Virus record (IMG/VR): IMGVR_UViG_3300023313_000004
Span: 1 to 64,000 of that record
DNA from: a virus
Reading direction: 5' to 3' (one strand)
DNA: 64,000 nucleotides
Part shown: positions 54,668-64,000 of the stretch, piece after piece
Numbering within the stretch: the first letter of the stretch is position 1
How the letters are laid out: every line of letters starts with the position of its first letter
Translations under genes and position numbers: made by a program
The notes under the pieces: generated by a model
What the model was told of the DNA's origin: nothing
Databases searched by the model: none
The model's input: only the letters and a program-made list of their open reading frames with translations

Positions 54668-57600
54668 TACACACCCTCTTGCTGTAACATTTTAAGGGCA
54701 TTAACTAAGCCATCTACTTGGTCTCTGTCCCCTTGGACGGCAAACCTACCACCGCCTAAAGTGATATTCAAATCAACAGAGTCCCTCTGTGCGGAGGATA
54801 CTAGACCCCCTGCTGCAAACTTCTTAATGCTAGGGCTTCTAAATGAGGGGGCAGACACAATACCTCCAGCGGCAAAAGCAGGTCTGGGGGCGGACATAGT
54901 ATTTATCATATCCATGAAATTAGTTCCATACTGCCTTACTGCCGCAGCAGTCATAACAAACTCCCCATTAGAAAGCATAGCAGGGATGGAGTCAGATGTG
55001 CCTGTACCTGCCCCTGTAACCTGCCCCCCCTCAGCGAAGGTAGGGGCACTTTTATAACCCCCCGATATAGCATTCTTAGCCTTAACTATCGCCTCTAGGA
55101 TGATAGGGTGGGATTTATTTAGGGATTGTACCTTGTTTAGTACCTTCTCATACAGTGTAAGAGTAGAGGCAGGGTCATAGGCTACTTTTACAGGGACTAT
55201 AGGTGCAGCATCTGCAAGGGGCTGGAGGGCATCCTTTAGAGTACCATTGTCTACAACTACGGGGACTACGATAGACTCCCCTAATGCATTTTTAATTTTA
55301 GACTGCTCCACCTTAACTGCAGTATCTACACCCTCAATAGCCTTTAGCTCTGCTATTATAGGGATGGTAACGCCCTCTACACTTTTAGCTATAAGGGCAG
55401 CCTTCTCAATCTGGGTTATTAACCCCCCTATATTTGTGTCCTCCAGCCCTGCCACCACAATCTGTATCTTGATAACCCTGTCCTTTATCTTATACAAAGA
55501 AGCTAGACGCTCCTCAACAGAGGCTATCTTCTCTAGCGCAGATTGCTCGCCTTCAATAACCCTAGCCATATTCAAAGGTTTGCCTGCAGCCTCTACGGCT
55601 TTAGCCAGTGCCACAAATTGTTTAGCTTGGTATTTACTCTTACGCGCAAAAGCAGGATTATCTTGGGCTAGTTTGGCATACAGCTCTGAGTTTACTTTTA
55701 GCAGGTCTTTGGCTTTTTTGTAAGCGGCAGCCTTATCATCTGAGCTTGCACCTGTATCGTTAATGGTGCTAAGCAGCCCTCTTAAAGTTCTGGCATCAGC
55801 TATTGCTTCCTTATTATAAGCCCTCTCTTTCCCCCTCTTCTCAGATGCGGTATCTTGTACTTGGTAATTATCTTGGATACTGGCTAAGTAATCGGCGGAG
55901 GCTTTTGCCAACCCCTCCTTCTCTTTTAGAAAGCCTTTATACTGGGTAACAGCCTGATTAAGGAGGGATTGCTCCAATGCAATATTCTTACCCAACTCCG
56001 CCCTTAGAGCAGAATAGTTATCTTGTGCAGCGGACTTTAGGGCTTTCCCATCAGTCCTATACTTACTGACAATATGCGTGAATCTCTTTGAGAAGGCTTG
56101 CATATGACTATTAAGCCTTACACTAGCATTAGCCATACTGGAGACAGATTTATTGTTGAAGTCCTTAAATGCGGCGAGACCATCAACGGCAGCCCCCTTA
56201 ATACTTTTAGAAAAAGATGTTATTGCCGCAGCATTCTTTGCATATGTGGAATCTATCTCCACCTTGGATAATTCATGCACCCTCTTCGTGAAGTCTCCTG
56301 CAGACAAAGCAGCTGCTCCATAAGAGGACACCAGCCTAGATAGGGCTAGAGTAACCCTCTTCAGAGAGATGCTATCTCGTACTGCAGCTAATGCTACGGC
56401 GGCGGAGGATGCAGCAATCCTAGCCTTGGCTAACTTTAAGTAGACCTCAGCATTCTGAGCTGTGCTCCTAAGGAGGAATACATTATGTGCCCGAACCACA
56501 TCTTTATCTTTACTTAGTAGGTCTTTATGCTGACTAAAGTGGGAGGCTACTTTTTTAGTTAGCTCCTCTTGCGCCCTAGCTGTTTTATTGGCGGCGGAAT
56601 TATAGTTGTCAAACCAAGAGCCTATTTTAGTCCCCCAATCGAAAGCCGACCCTAATGCGAGTAGAGCAACGGTTATGGCTGCTATAGCTAACCCTACAGG
56701 GTTGGCTAGTAGGGTTAATCCAGCAGCAGCTACAGTCCTGAGAGTAAGAGCCAGTGTAGCTAAGAACCCTGATGCTGTGGCTGCGCCTGCCGCGACACCA
56801 CCAAACCTAACTACCATGGCGGCTAGGGCAGGATTGGCAACCAATAACTTAGCAGTGATAGCTACTAGCCCTGTGCTCATAGCAGCTAGTAACCCTTTGC
56901 CCACCATATAGGCTAGAGCTACCCCCAAAGCGGCGAAGGAGATAACAAGGGCATCCACGAGGCGAGGCATTGCTGTAAAGACAGTCGTTACACCCTCCAT
57001 AATGTGAGACAGTATCTCTAACGCAGGTACCACGGTACGGAGGACTAAATCCCCTATTTTTGCGAAGGATACCCCCACACTATTTGCAGCCACATCAAAT
57101 CGAGAAGCTAAGGTGTCTGATATTTTACCGAAAGCCTTGTCTGTTGCCCCTGCCTTATTGGTTTGGTCTTCTAGGGCAGCAGTAAACCCCTTCATGCCAT
57201 TTCTAGTCAGGGCTAGGGTTGCTAGTAGGGCCTCATCAGTACCTACTAATACCTTTAGAGCCCCCACATTGCCTTTGGATGCCTCACTTACTTTCTCTAT
57301 AGCAAAGGCTAGTCCTCTAGTTTTTATGGCAGCCTGTGCGTTACCACCAAAATCATGGAATATTTTATTCAATTCTGTAGAGGGGCGTATCAGACCTGAG
57401 ATAACACCTTTAAGTTGAGTTATAGCTTCTGGGGTCTTTGTGCCGCCGATAGTAATATCAGCGATAGCAGCATTTACTTCCTCTAGGGATACTCCTGCAG
57501 CAGCCGCGATAGGGGCTACTTGGGCAAAGGATGCAGATAACTCTGTAAGTGTCGTGCCGCCGCCTTTAACCGCTGTGAAGAACGAATCAGACACCAGCCC

Positions 57601-58860
57601 TGCAGATAGCATACTCATACCAAAAGAGTTAATAGTAGATGCTAATAATTTAGTAGTGGTCTCAACATCGGATACCCCAGCCTTAGCTGATTTCATAGCC
57701 GTACCTAAAAGCCCTTGGGCAGATGCGGCATCACTAGCACCTAAGGATATAGCCTGATACATAGCCTTAGCTGAGGAGGTTAAGTCCTGACCAAAGGTGG
57801 AAGATAATTCCGATACTATATCTGCATATTGAGCTGCTTCTTCTGCCCCCCCAGACAAAAGTGTATTTACCTCCCCCATTGCCCTACCAAACTCTAAGGC
57901 TTTTACTACTGCAAAGGCTGCACCTGATAGAGAGGCGATAATCGTTAAGGCTTGTTGGGTCTTGAATAAAGAGAACCCCACTTGGTCTACCTGCTCTTTA
58001 AACCCTATGGCAGCGACACCACCCTCTTTAAATCCTCTCTCTAGGGAGTTTAATCTTTCATTAGAAGACAACTTCCCTACTGAGGCAGAAAGCCCTTTGA
58101 CGCTATTAGCGGTTATAGCTGCGGATACTTTTACATTAGCGGCAGCGGCAGATACTTTCTTTAAGGACGCGCTGGCCTTGCCCCCCTTCTTAGACATACT
58201 CTCCATAGAGGAGGATAATCCTTTTACAGCAGAGCTGGCTTCTTTTGCGGTAGCCCCTAATTTCTTACTTGCAGCCCCTAGAGCACTTAAGGAAGTCCCT
58301 TTTATTTTTCCTAGGGAGGTAGCAGCACTATTGGTCACGGCATTAAATGCCAGCATAGACGCACTAATATCTTTTACTTGTATATCTAGGGTGTCTAATT
58401 GGGCGGTAAATGTACCTAGCTTATGCCCCTTCCCTAGACCTTTTATAGCTGCCCTAAGCTCTTTTATTGATTTTGTTAGGGCAACACTAGAGGTAAGAAC
58501 CCTATCTAGGTCAGACCCCACAGCACTAACCTTAGTCCCAGTATTGAAAGTGCCTAATAAAGTCCGTACCTCTTTTAGGGGGTTGTGTACTTTCGTGGCA
58601 GCTTCGCCTATGGACTCCAGAGTTACTTTTAGGGACGTTAATTTTGTGGTTACGGAGACGGAGTTTACTGCTTTGGATAAAGCCCTGATACCTTTTGCAG
58701 TATCTTGTACTGGTATCTTTATGTTCCTAAATGCTAGGGATATAGATTTAGCCTTTGAGGACGCTACCTTAGACGTGGCAAGGAGAGCCTTAGTTACCTC
58801 TTGCAAGTCTGCAGATACAGTAGACTTTATGGAAATAGGTATCTCTAATTTATCTACCAT
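54667..58860 (-). CDS. tail tape measure protein (TP901-type core)
   Basis: 1397 aa, helical and Ala-rich; M.EVNTL...YQAIS.G...G.TT..EL core; C-terminal FA.GG.V.G.GTGTSDSIPAMLSNGEFV. Confidence 0.92.
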   Translation of the reverse strand: MVDKLEIPISIKSTVSADLQEVTKALLATSKVASSKAKSISLAFRNIKIPVQDTAKGIRALSKAVNSVSVTTKLTSLKVTLESIGEAATKVHNPLKEVRTLLGTFNTGTKVSAVGSDLDRVLTSSVALTKSIKELRAAIKGLGKGHKLGTFTAQLDTLDIQVKDISASMLAFNAVTNSAATSLGKIKGTSLSALGAASKKLGATAKEASSAVKGLSSSMESMSKKGGKASASLKKVSAAAANVKVSAAITANSVKGLSASVGKLSSNERLNSLERGFKEGGVAAIGFKEQVDQVGFSLFKTQQALTIIASLSGAAFAVVKALEFGRAMGEVNTLLSGGAEEAAQYADIVSELSSTFGQDLTSSAKAMYQAISLGASDAASAQGLLGTAMKSAKAGVSDVETTTKLLASTINSFGMSMLSAGLVSDSFFTAVKGGGTTLTELSASFAQVAPIAAAAGVSLEEVNAAIADITIGGTKTPEAITQLKGVISGLIRPSTELNKIFHDFGGNAQAAIKTRGLAFAIEKVSEASKGNVGALKVLVGTDEALLATLALTRNGMKGFTAALEDQTNKAGATDKAFGKISDTLASRFDVAANSVGVSFAKIGDLVLRTVVPALEILSHIMEGVTTVFTAMPRLVDALVISFAALGVALAYMVGKGLLAAMSTGLVAITAKLLVANPALAAMVVRFGGVAAGAATASGFLATLALTLRTVAAAGLTLLANPVGLAIAAITVALLALGSAFDWGTKIGSWFDNYNSAANKTARAQEELTKKVASHFSQHKDLLSKDKDVVRAHNVFLLRSTAQNAEVYLKLAKARIAASSAAVALAAVRDSISLKRVTLALSRLVSSYGAAALSAGDFTKRVHELSKVEIDSTYAKNAAAITSFSKSIKGAAVDGLAAFKDFNNKSVSSMANASVRLNSHMQAFSKRFTHIVSKYRTDGKALKSAAQDNYSALRAELGKNIALEQSLLNQAVTQYKGFLKEKEGLAKASADYLASIQDNYQVQDTASEKRGKERAYNKEAIADARTLRGLLSTINDTGASSDDKAAAYKKAKDLLKVNSELYAKLAQDNPAFARKSKYQAKQFVALAKAVEAAGKPLNMARVIEGEQSALEKIASVEERLASLYKIKDRVIKIQIVVAGLEDTNIGGLITQIEKAALIAKSVEGVTIPIIAELKAIEGVDTAVKVEQSKIKNALGESIVVPVVVDNGTLKDALQPLADAAPIVPVKVAYDPASTLTLYEKVLNKVQSLNKSHPIILEAIVKAKNAISGGYKSAPTFAEGGQVTGAGTGTSDSIPAMLSNGEFVMTAAAVRQYGTNFMDMINTMSAPRPAFAAGGIVSAPSFRSPSIKKFAAGGLVSSAQRDSVDLNITLGGGRFAVQGDRDQVDGLVNALKMLQQEGV

Positions 58861-59159
58861 TACTCGCTCTCCCTCACAACCTTATCCACGTCCTCCTTGT
58901 CCCCATGCTGGGCTAGTCGGCTAAGGAGCATAGCTGTTATGCTCTCTCTAGTTTTACGCTGTCTTACGGAGTGTATAAACACTTCTACTTGTTCAAGCGT
59001 GTATTGCATCACCTCCGACTTTAGGTGTCCACAGGATATTAGTTCTTCTACATTGTGTACAAGCTGTGAACACCAGCCTAAGGTTACAGAGGGCTCTTTA
59101 GAGGGGGTAGGTTTACTTCTGGAGGAAGCTCCACTCCCGTCAATGACAGTAGGTTTTTT
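58860..59159 (-). CDS. -1 frameshift extension of the tail assembly chaperone (GT product)
   Basis: slippery A AAA AAC at 59159-59153; -1 frame open to TAA 58860, encoding ...LISCGH..EV..YTLEQV..F. Confidence 0.75.
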   Translation of the reverse strand, partial: KKPTVIDGSGASSRSKPTPSKEPSVTLGWCSQLVHNVEELISCGHLKSEVMQYTLEQVEVFIHSVRQRKTRESITAMLLSRLAQHGDKEDVDKVVRESE

Positions 59160-59503
59160 ACTACTGCCATAAATTCTTTTGGGTCATATACTGTAAGCCC
59201 CCATATCTTGTCTAATGCTATGACTTGGGCACTTAATGGTAAGGCTCTAGCGTTCTCTGTTAAGACCTCTAAATCTCCTTCCTCATGCGTAGATACAGCA
59301 ATTATAGCCGCCACAAAACTAGGGGCTTCCACTACCATAGCAGGGACTTCCATCTCCCCACTGAATAGGGCATTAAGGGACTCTTTATGAGAGCTAATTA
59401 GAGTTGCTAGGTTATCTACTGTTAGAGGGTGGACAGTAAAGCTATCCGCCCCTACGGTTACTTTTTCTGATTTTGCGGTCAGGCTGGCTAATGACATGTA
59501 CAA
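59084..59503 (-). CDS. tail assembly chaperone (G)
   Basis: between tail tube and tape measure; contains the slippery site. Confidence 0.8.
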   Translation of the reverse strand: MYMSLASLTAKSEKVTVGADSFTVHPLTVDNLATLISSHKESLNALFSGEMEVPAMVVEAPSFVAAIIAVSTHEEGDLEVLTENARALPLSAQVIALDKIWGLTVYDPKEFMAVVKNLLSLTGVELPPEVNLPPLKSPL

Positions 59504-59511
59504 CTCCTAAT

Positions 59512-59534
59512 ACCCCCATGAACTTAAGTGCATA
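59512..59534. repeat. copy of ACCCCCATGAACTTAAGTGCATA
   Basis: identical to 7692-7714; between the tail-tube terminator and the chaperone RBS. Confidence 0.85.
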
Positions 59535-59567
59535 AAAAAAAGGGGCTGTTTTTCAACAACCCCCCCA
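59534..59567 (-). terminator. intrinsic terminator after the tail tube gene
   Basis: GGGGTTGTT-gaaa-AACAGCCCC followed by T8 on the - strand. Confidence 0.65.
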
Positions 59568-59586
59568 ATATAACTACACCTAATGC

Positions 59587-60363
59587 TTAGGCAAGGATTC
59601 TTTGACGGAAATACTTAGACCCTGTAGTTTTAGTATTATCAGCTAGTGCGCCACCTGCTAGTTGAATTTGACCAATATCTTCAGAGATAAGAGCCAATTC
59701 TGCTAGAGGGTCAGCAGTGAATTTAAACACATCCACAGTTACTGATTTATTACCTGATGCAGTGTTAAGACCTTCAAAGCGCAACCATCTTTCTGGTTGT
59801 GATGTAGTGAGGGCATCTACTTGGTCGTAAGCAGCGTAGTTGTATGTTGCTTCTAACGCCTGACCTGCAACAATACTACCCCCAACGAGGATATTTATAG
59901 AGCCTACTTCTGGGTTCATAGTGTAGTCTGTACCCTCTACATAAGTGGTTACAGCACCTGTGTCTGTAAGAACTAGAGGAGTAACGGTGTCCACACCAAT
60001 ATGCGCTAATGCTACTGTCTGACCTAGAACCAAAGGAGCAGTTACTGCTTCAGATACTACTGCGCCGCCTGCCATAGTAGTGTCCGTACCATAAAGACCC
60101 AAGGACAAGTTCTTAATATCAAAGCTTTCCATAGTTACATTAACAGAGGCCTTAACTTCAGTGGTTAATCTAAGGTCAATGCCACGCGCTCCAGAGGTAG
60201 ATTCTTTGTGTTCTACAACAGAGGTAGCAATAGCAATGGAGAGGGCGGAGCAGTTACCGATAGGAGTAAACCCTGTAGGGTTTCCTGCAACATCACGGCT
60301 CGCCATGAGCACAGTTCCTTGCCCTGAGTAGTATTCTGATACAACATTATTCTGTGCAGCCAT
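59587..60363 (-). CDS. major tail tube protein
   Basis: YYSGQG.V...R...G.P.GF..IGN.S.L, HKES.SG.R, LRFEGLN. Confidence 0.85.
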   Translation of the reverse strand: MAAQNNVVSEYYSGQGTVLMASRDVAGNPTGFTPIGNCSALSIAIATSVVEHKESTSGARGIDLRLTTEVKASVNVTMESFDIKNLSLGLYGTDTTMAGGAVVSEAVTAPLVLGQTVALAHIGVDTVTPLVLTDTGAVTTYVEGTDYTMNPEVGSINILVGGSIVAGQALEATYNYAAYDQVDALTTSQPERWLRFEGLNTASGNKSVTVDVFKFTADPLAELALISEDIGQIQLAGGALADNTKTTGSKYFRQRILA

Positions 60364-60375
60364 TATGGTCTCCTG

Positions 60376-60564
60376 TTACTTTTTACTAGGTTTATTCTTT
60401 TGGCGAGAAAAGCGGCTAATAGGGGCTGCCTCTACAGCAACCTCAGCCCTTTTCCCACTTATAAGACTATCTGCTGCAGGGTCACTAATATCTACTACTG
60501 TCCCAGCAAGGCAAATAACCCCACGCAATTCAATATCTACTAAAAGTTTAACTTTCATGGGCAA
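60376..60564 (-). CDS. small hypothetical protein
   Basis: G.....G.VVDI....A..LI..K.A pattern; GGAGG RBS. Confidence 0.55.
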   Translation of the reverse strand: MPMKVKLLVDIELRGVICLAGTVVDISDPAADSLISGKRAEVAVEAAPISRFSRQKNKPSKK

Positions 60565-60601
60565 ACATTACCTCCACCTTATAATGTTGACTAGCACTAC
60601 T

Positions 60602-61048
60602 TTAGCTAGTAAGGATGACATTAGTTTGCCATCGTTGTATGTATATAAGGTTATTATCCTCGTCATAGGGGTAGGGTGCTTCCGAAACAAACTGCCATTT
60701 ATGACCTGTAGGGTTACTACTATTCCTAAAAGATGCTCTAATCTCATCTAGGGTAAGAGTAATGTCATGCTTATCCTCTACAATACTGGTGTACTGGGCA
60801 GGTGCGCCTAAAACAAATAAGCTCAGTCCTAATGTAGCGGCTAGACCAGAGTTGTTCTTTGTAGCCTGAGGTACTAGCCCCTCATACCACACCCCTACAA
60901 TAGGGTAGGTGGATAGGTGCTCCGCCTTGTCCACAAACTCGGCATCGGAATACACATACATCACGTTATCTTTATTTATGGTGGGTATATCTTTTAGTTT
61001 GTTTTCTGCCTCCACCATCACCTGAGAGACAATATTTATACCTGCCAT
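60602..61048 (-). CDS. tail terminator/completion protein
   Basis: position just before the tail tube gene, 148 aa. Confidence 0.55.
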   Translation of the reverse strand: MAGINIVSQVMVEAENKLKDIPTINKDNVMYVYSDAEFVDKAEHLSTYPIVGVWYEGLVPQATKNNSGLAATLGLSLFVLGAPAQYTSIVEDKHDITLTLDEIRASFRNSSNPTGHKWQFVSEAPYPYDEDNNLIYIQRWQTNVILTS

Positions 61049-61521
61049 TACTTAAACCTCCTTTTAAACCTAGAGCGCATAGTATTAAAGGCTCTTCTTT
61101 CATCCTTCTTAGTTGCAAATAGGAAGGGTCTAGCAGGGTTTTGTATTTTAGCACCGCTTACAGTAGTGCTCTCACCCCCAAAATGGTGTATTCTTCCATA
61201 CACAGCCGCCGCAGGGTCATTGATATACACCGCCAGCCCCCCTCTTTGGGTCTCTCTTATAGCTAGGCTGTTATACAGTCTCCCAGTATCCTGTAGGGTA
61301 CTATTAGTCCCTCGTTTTTTTCTACGCCTGCGCGAGGCAGTACTCTCTGACCACTTAGCCCCTGTAGGGGATATATGCTTTAGGAACCGTTCCTTTATGT
61401 ACTTTAGCTGTAACTCGGCTACCTCAGATAAAAGCCCTGCTCCACCTACCTCTTTCTGTATCTGCTCTGTCCTAGCAGCCATAAAAGCTTTAATGGACGC
61501 AGGGCTAAAAGGTCTGCTCAT
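61048..61521 (-). CDS. virion morphogenesis / tail completion protein (Mu G / P2 S-like)
   Basis: RF....SP.G.KW, L.DTGRL.NS, YG.IHHFG, PARPFL. Confidence 0.85.
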   Translation of the reverse strand: MSRPFSPASIKAFMAARTEQIQKEVGGAGLLSEVAELQLKYIKERFLKHISPTGAKWSESTASRRRRKKRGTNSTLQDTGRLYNSLAIRETQRGGLAVYINDPAAAVYGRIHHFGGESTTVSGAKIQNPARPFLFATKKDERRAFNTMRSRFKRRFK

Positions 61522-62123
61522 AGAATAGGCTTATTAGCATGAGGGTACATTCTTACATGGGCAGCCAACAATGCTTTCAGCATAACTGGTTCCCCTGCCA
61601 TAGCCTCTTTCTTTTGTGCCTTACGGAAAGGGGCTTGGCTGTTAACCCTATACACCACATATTGCGTAGCCAGCTCTTTGAGCCAAGAGGGTACTTCCAA
61701 AGGAGTGTAGACACCCCCTAGAGAGGTAAACCCATAAGAGTACTCAACCTGCAAGTACCTAGGGGTGCGAGGAGTATTGTACAGTACGCACACACCATCC
61801 TCACTCATCTCATACTCAGAGGCAGGGAGGACGATAGGGGATGCTTTTAGTGCCCCTAAAGTATTGGCGTAGGACACTGTTACGGTAGCAGTATCCACAA
61901 ACCCATTTTTTACTGCCAGCGTCCCATGGGGTAGCGTTGTTCTAACCCCCTCAAAGTAGAATATATCCTTTGTAGTGGCGGCATCAAAAGAGGTAAGGAG
62001 CTCCCCCTCCAAAAAGAGGCTAGCGGCTAAACCCATTGTCTCCAATAGGTCTGCCACCTCAGGTATATCCCTTTGCCCTGTCCTAACCATCAACTGGTCA
62101 GTATCTATTAACATGCTAGGCAT
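61518..62123 (-). CDS. head-tail adaptor protein
   Basis: V.Y.YGF....VP.WLKE; position after the capsid gene. Confidence 0.7.
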   Translation of the reverse strand: MPSMLIDTDQLMVRTGQRDIPEVADLLETMGLAASLFLEGELLTSFDAATTKDIFYFEGVRTTLPHGTLAVKNGFVDTATVTVSYANTLGALKASPIVLPASEYEMSEDGVCVLYNTPRTPRYLQVEYSYGFTSLGGVYTPLEVPSWLKELATQYVVYRVNSQAPFRKAQKKEAMAGEPVMLKALLAAHVRMYPHANKPIL

Positions 62124-62138
62124 GATATACCCCCTGTA

Positions 62139-62486
62139 TTATACTTTAGCCTGCACAATATTAGCTTTGTGTGGGGCATGACGCTTCCCTTTTTCAGACT
62201 TCTCTTTGTCATGCTTCCCTTTCTTTTGTGAAGGGTGCTCACCTTTCTTAGCTAAAGGGGCAGCTTTATCAGTATCAGTCCCAGCAGAATCATTATCATC
62301 CCTATTCTTAGACTTAGCTCCTCCATTCTCTGTCGCTCCCTTAGCGAAGTATTCCTTACCTTCAGCGTCACAGCTATCTAGCAATGTAGCTGCTAGGGTA
62401 TCACTAACAACGTAAGACTTCCCTGCTATAAATAATTTGTCTTGTATTGCGTATCTCTGTGCGCCAACTAATTTAACTGTGTGCAT
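62139..62486 (-). CDS. hypothetical protein downstream of the capsid gene
   Basis: 115 aa with a charged low-complexity tail. Confidence 0.6.
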   Translation of the reverse strand: MHTVKLVGAQRYAIQDKLFIAGKSYVVSDTLAATLLDSCDAEGKEYFAKGATENGGAKSKNRDDNDSAGTDTDKAAPLAKKGEHPSQKKGKHDKEKSEKGKRHAPHKANIVQAKV

Positions 62487-62657
62487 ATGTATCTCCTATT
62501 TATGTATTTCTAGGGGGGTATAATAGACTACACCACTAAAAAGATAAAGGGAGCCTAGCATAAGCTAAGACCCCCCTTTTTTCTATACCACTTAATCATT
62601 GCATCCCTGAGTACAAGTAAGTACTACAGGAGGAGGAGGGCCTAAGCCCCCCAACTA

Positions 62658-63647
62658 TTAACCAATGTTAGAGTATTTAACTACAGCAAGCTCTTCTTCG
62701 ATTTTGAAGTCAACTCTTGCAGTTAGTACAATAATGTACTCACGAGCGCGAATATCTTTCTCAACTTCGATAGAAATGTCACGTTGGATACCAAAAATCA
62801 AGTTTTGTGGGTCACACAACAAACCGCTGGCTGCTGGCATTAAAGCAACTGGCTCAATGCCTGTGCCGAATGCGAATAGACGGTTTTGACCTTGCAAGTT
62901 TGCATCGCCCAATGCTGTTTGACGGTTAGCCAAAGTATCACGATACTCTGTTTCATTATCAATGCTGATGTAGTTGCGTAAAGATGAACGATTACGCAAG
63001 TACTGGTCAGGCATAGCGATAACGCCTGCTTTAAAGATACCTTTATTGATAGGTGCAGCTAATGCATCTACAACATTAGAGACAGACTGTGTTAAGTAGC
63101 CGTCTTTAAGTGCCAAATAAGGGTCTGCAACATTAGCAGTATTACCCAAGAGTGCTAACTCTTCTAAGTCAAGTGCCGCACGTTCAGCAATCATATCCAT
63201 GATTACATCTTTAATGCCGCCAGATGTGCCTGTAGCACCGCTGTCGCCCTGTACGCCTACGTTCCCACGCTCAATGTTGTCTTCAATAACATCATAAGGC
63301 AGGCGAATCTCAGCAATAACTTCGCTAGTGTTCAACAACACTTTGCTAGTCTGGGCTTTAGCGCGTAATGTTGCTTCCACTACTGGGTCAAATACGCCAT
63401 CTACAGCAGCACCTGATAGAGGTACACCAGCACTAGCTGCGCGTAAAATACGCTTACCAAAACCGATTTTATTGATTTCTTTTTGTGAACCTGTCATTAC
63501 CACTGTGCGAGCAGCGTTAAGTAATGTAGGTTGTACTAGCAACTTCTTAATGAAAGCATTTGATTGCTCTGGGTTTAACAACCCGCCGTTAGCTGCCAAA
63601 TCTGCAACAGCCATATCAGCCTTTTGAATTAGATTACCGTTTTGCAT
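62658..63647 (-). CDS. major capsid protein (HK97 fold)
   Basis: GGLLNPEQ..F, IEDNIE, A.DLEEL...G, P.NLIFGIQRDI.IE..KD......I.LT.RVDF..EE. Confidence 0.9.
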   Translation of the reverse strand: MQNGNLIQKADMAVADLAANGGLLNPEQSNAFIKKLLVQPTLLNAARTVVMTGSQKEINKIGFGKRILRAASAGVPLSGAAVDGVFDPVVEATLRAKAQTSKVLLNTSEVIAEIRLPYDVIEDNIERGNVGVQGDSGATGTSGGIKDVIMDMIAERAALDLEELALLGNTANVADPYLALKDGYLTQSVSNVVDALAAPINKGIFKAGVIAMPDQYLRNRSSLRNYISIDNETEYRDTLANRQTALGDANLQGQNRLFAFGTGIEPVALMPAASGLLCDPQNLIFGIQRDISIEVEKDIRAREYIIVLTARVDFKIEEELAVVKYSNIG

Positions 63648-63687
63648 AATAAAGGACTCCTCATCTCTTTTTTTAGGTTTTTAATTA

Positions 63688-64000
63688 TTAGCGGTCAAGA
63701 ATGTCAAGCGCAGTACCTGTAAATAAACCGCCCTCTTCAAACTTAGCTACTGTAGTGCTAGGTACTTCTTCTTCCGTAGAACCTGACATCACTGTGCCAG
63801 ACACTGCATCCATAGCTAACGTAGCATTACTGTCAGCTTTCGCTACTTGCTCGCCCAAAGCTTGATTGCTCGTTACGAGAGAATCAACCTTTTCCGATAA
63901 GGCTAGTATAGTGGCTGCCATGCCAGTAATAGTTTCTAGTAGTGCCTTGTGTGCGTCTACCTCAGGCTCTGGGTCATCCTCTGCTGTAGGCATATCTGCC
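63688..64000 (-). CDS. C-terminal part of the capsid scaffold/prohead protease (runs off the window edge)
   Basis: acidic coiled-coil frame open to the window end, directly upstream of the capsid gene. Confidence 0.55.
   Translation of the reverse strand, partial: ADMPTAEDDPEPEVDAHKALLETITGMAATILALSEKVDSLVTSNQALGEQVAKADSNATLAMDAVSGTVMSGSTEEEVPSTTVAKFEEGGLFTGTALDILDR

Noticed and set aside
704-63627. The many + strand ORFs in the track (e.g. 57962..58924, 16728..17369, 3113..3685, 8074..8400)
   Set aside because: Almost all are antisense shadows of clear - strand genes, with no RBS or recognisable motifs.
1-64000. Integron integrase, phage integrase, DNA polymerase, portal, tail sheath, tRNA or rRNA genes
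   Set aside because: No ORF or sequence with the diagnostic motifs was recognised in this window; some may lie outside it.

Overview
The window is 64 kb of a tailed dsDNA phage genome (siphovirus-like: tail tube, tape measure and frameshifted tail chaperone, no sheath seen). Essentially all credible genes lie on the - strand. In transcription order (right to left): head and head-tail genes (64.0-60.4 kb); tail tube, chaperone, tape measure and a large tail-tip/fibre block with two sulfotransferases and a 1085-aa Q-x-G-D repeat protein (60.4-33.4 kb); lysis (33.4-31.4 kb); a replication/recombination module with no polymerase in the window (initiator with internal iterons, loader-like protein, DnaB, primase, SSB, intein-containing SF2 helicase, RecA, Hjc-like, Cas4-like and RuvC nucleases; 31.3-15.0 kb); a RuvC-less TnpB-like gene plus terminase small and intein-containing large subunits (14.4-11.0 kb); a compositionally distinct 3.2-kb segment bounded by 20-bp inverted repeats (11.0-7.7 kb); and an accessory region (7.3 kb-1). 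The main finding is in that accessory region: an integron-type gene-cassette array. It has four intact 55-60 bp attC sites (89-1121) delimiting three cassettes with perfectly complementary core sites. Every cassette ORF is inverted relative to attC so that it follows phage transcription, and attC remnants decay progressively out to about 6.8 kb. No integron integrase is in the window. The same region holds an M.HaeIII-like methyltransferase, a second C5 methyltransferase whose motif IX sits in a nested alternative frame (M.EcoHK31I-like), and an ORF-less, hairpin-dense stretch. All calls come from reading the sequence and recognising motifs; no searches were run.
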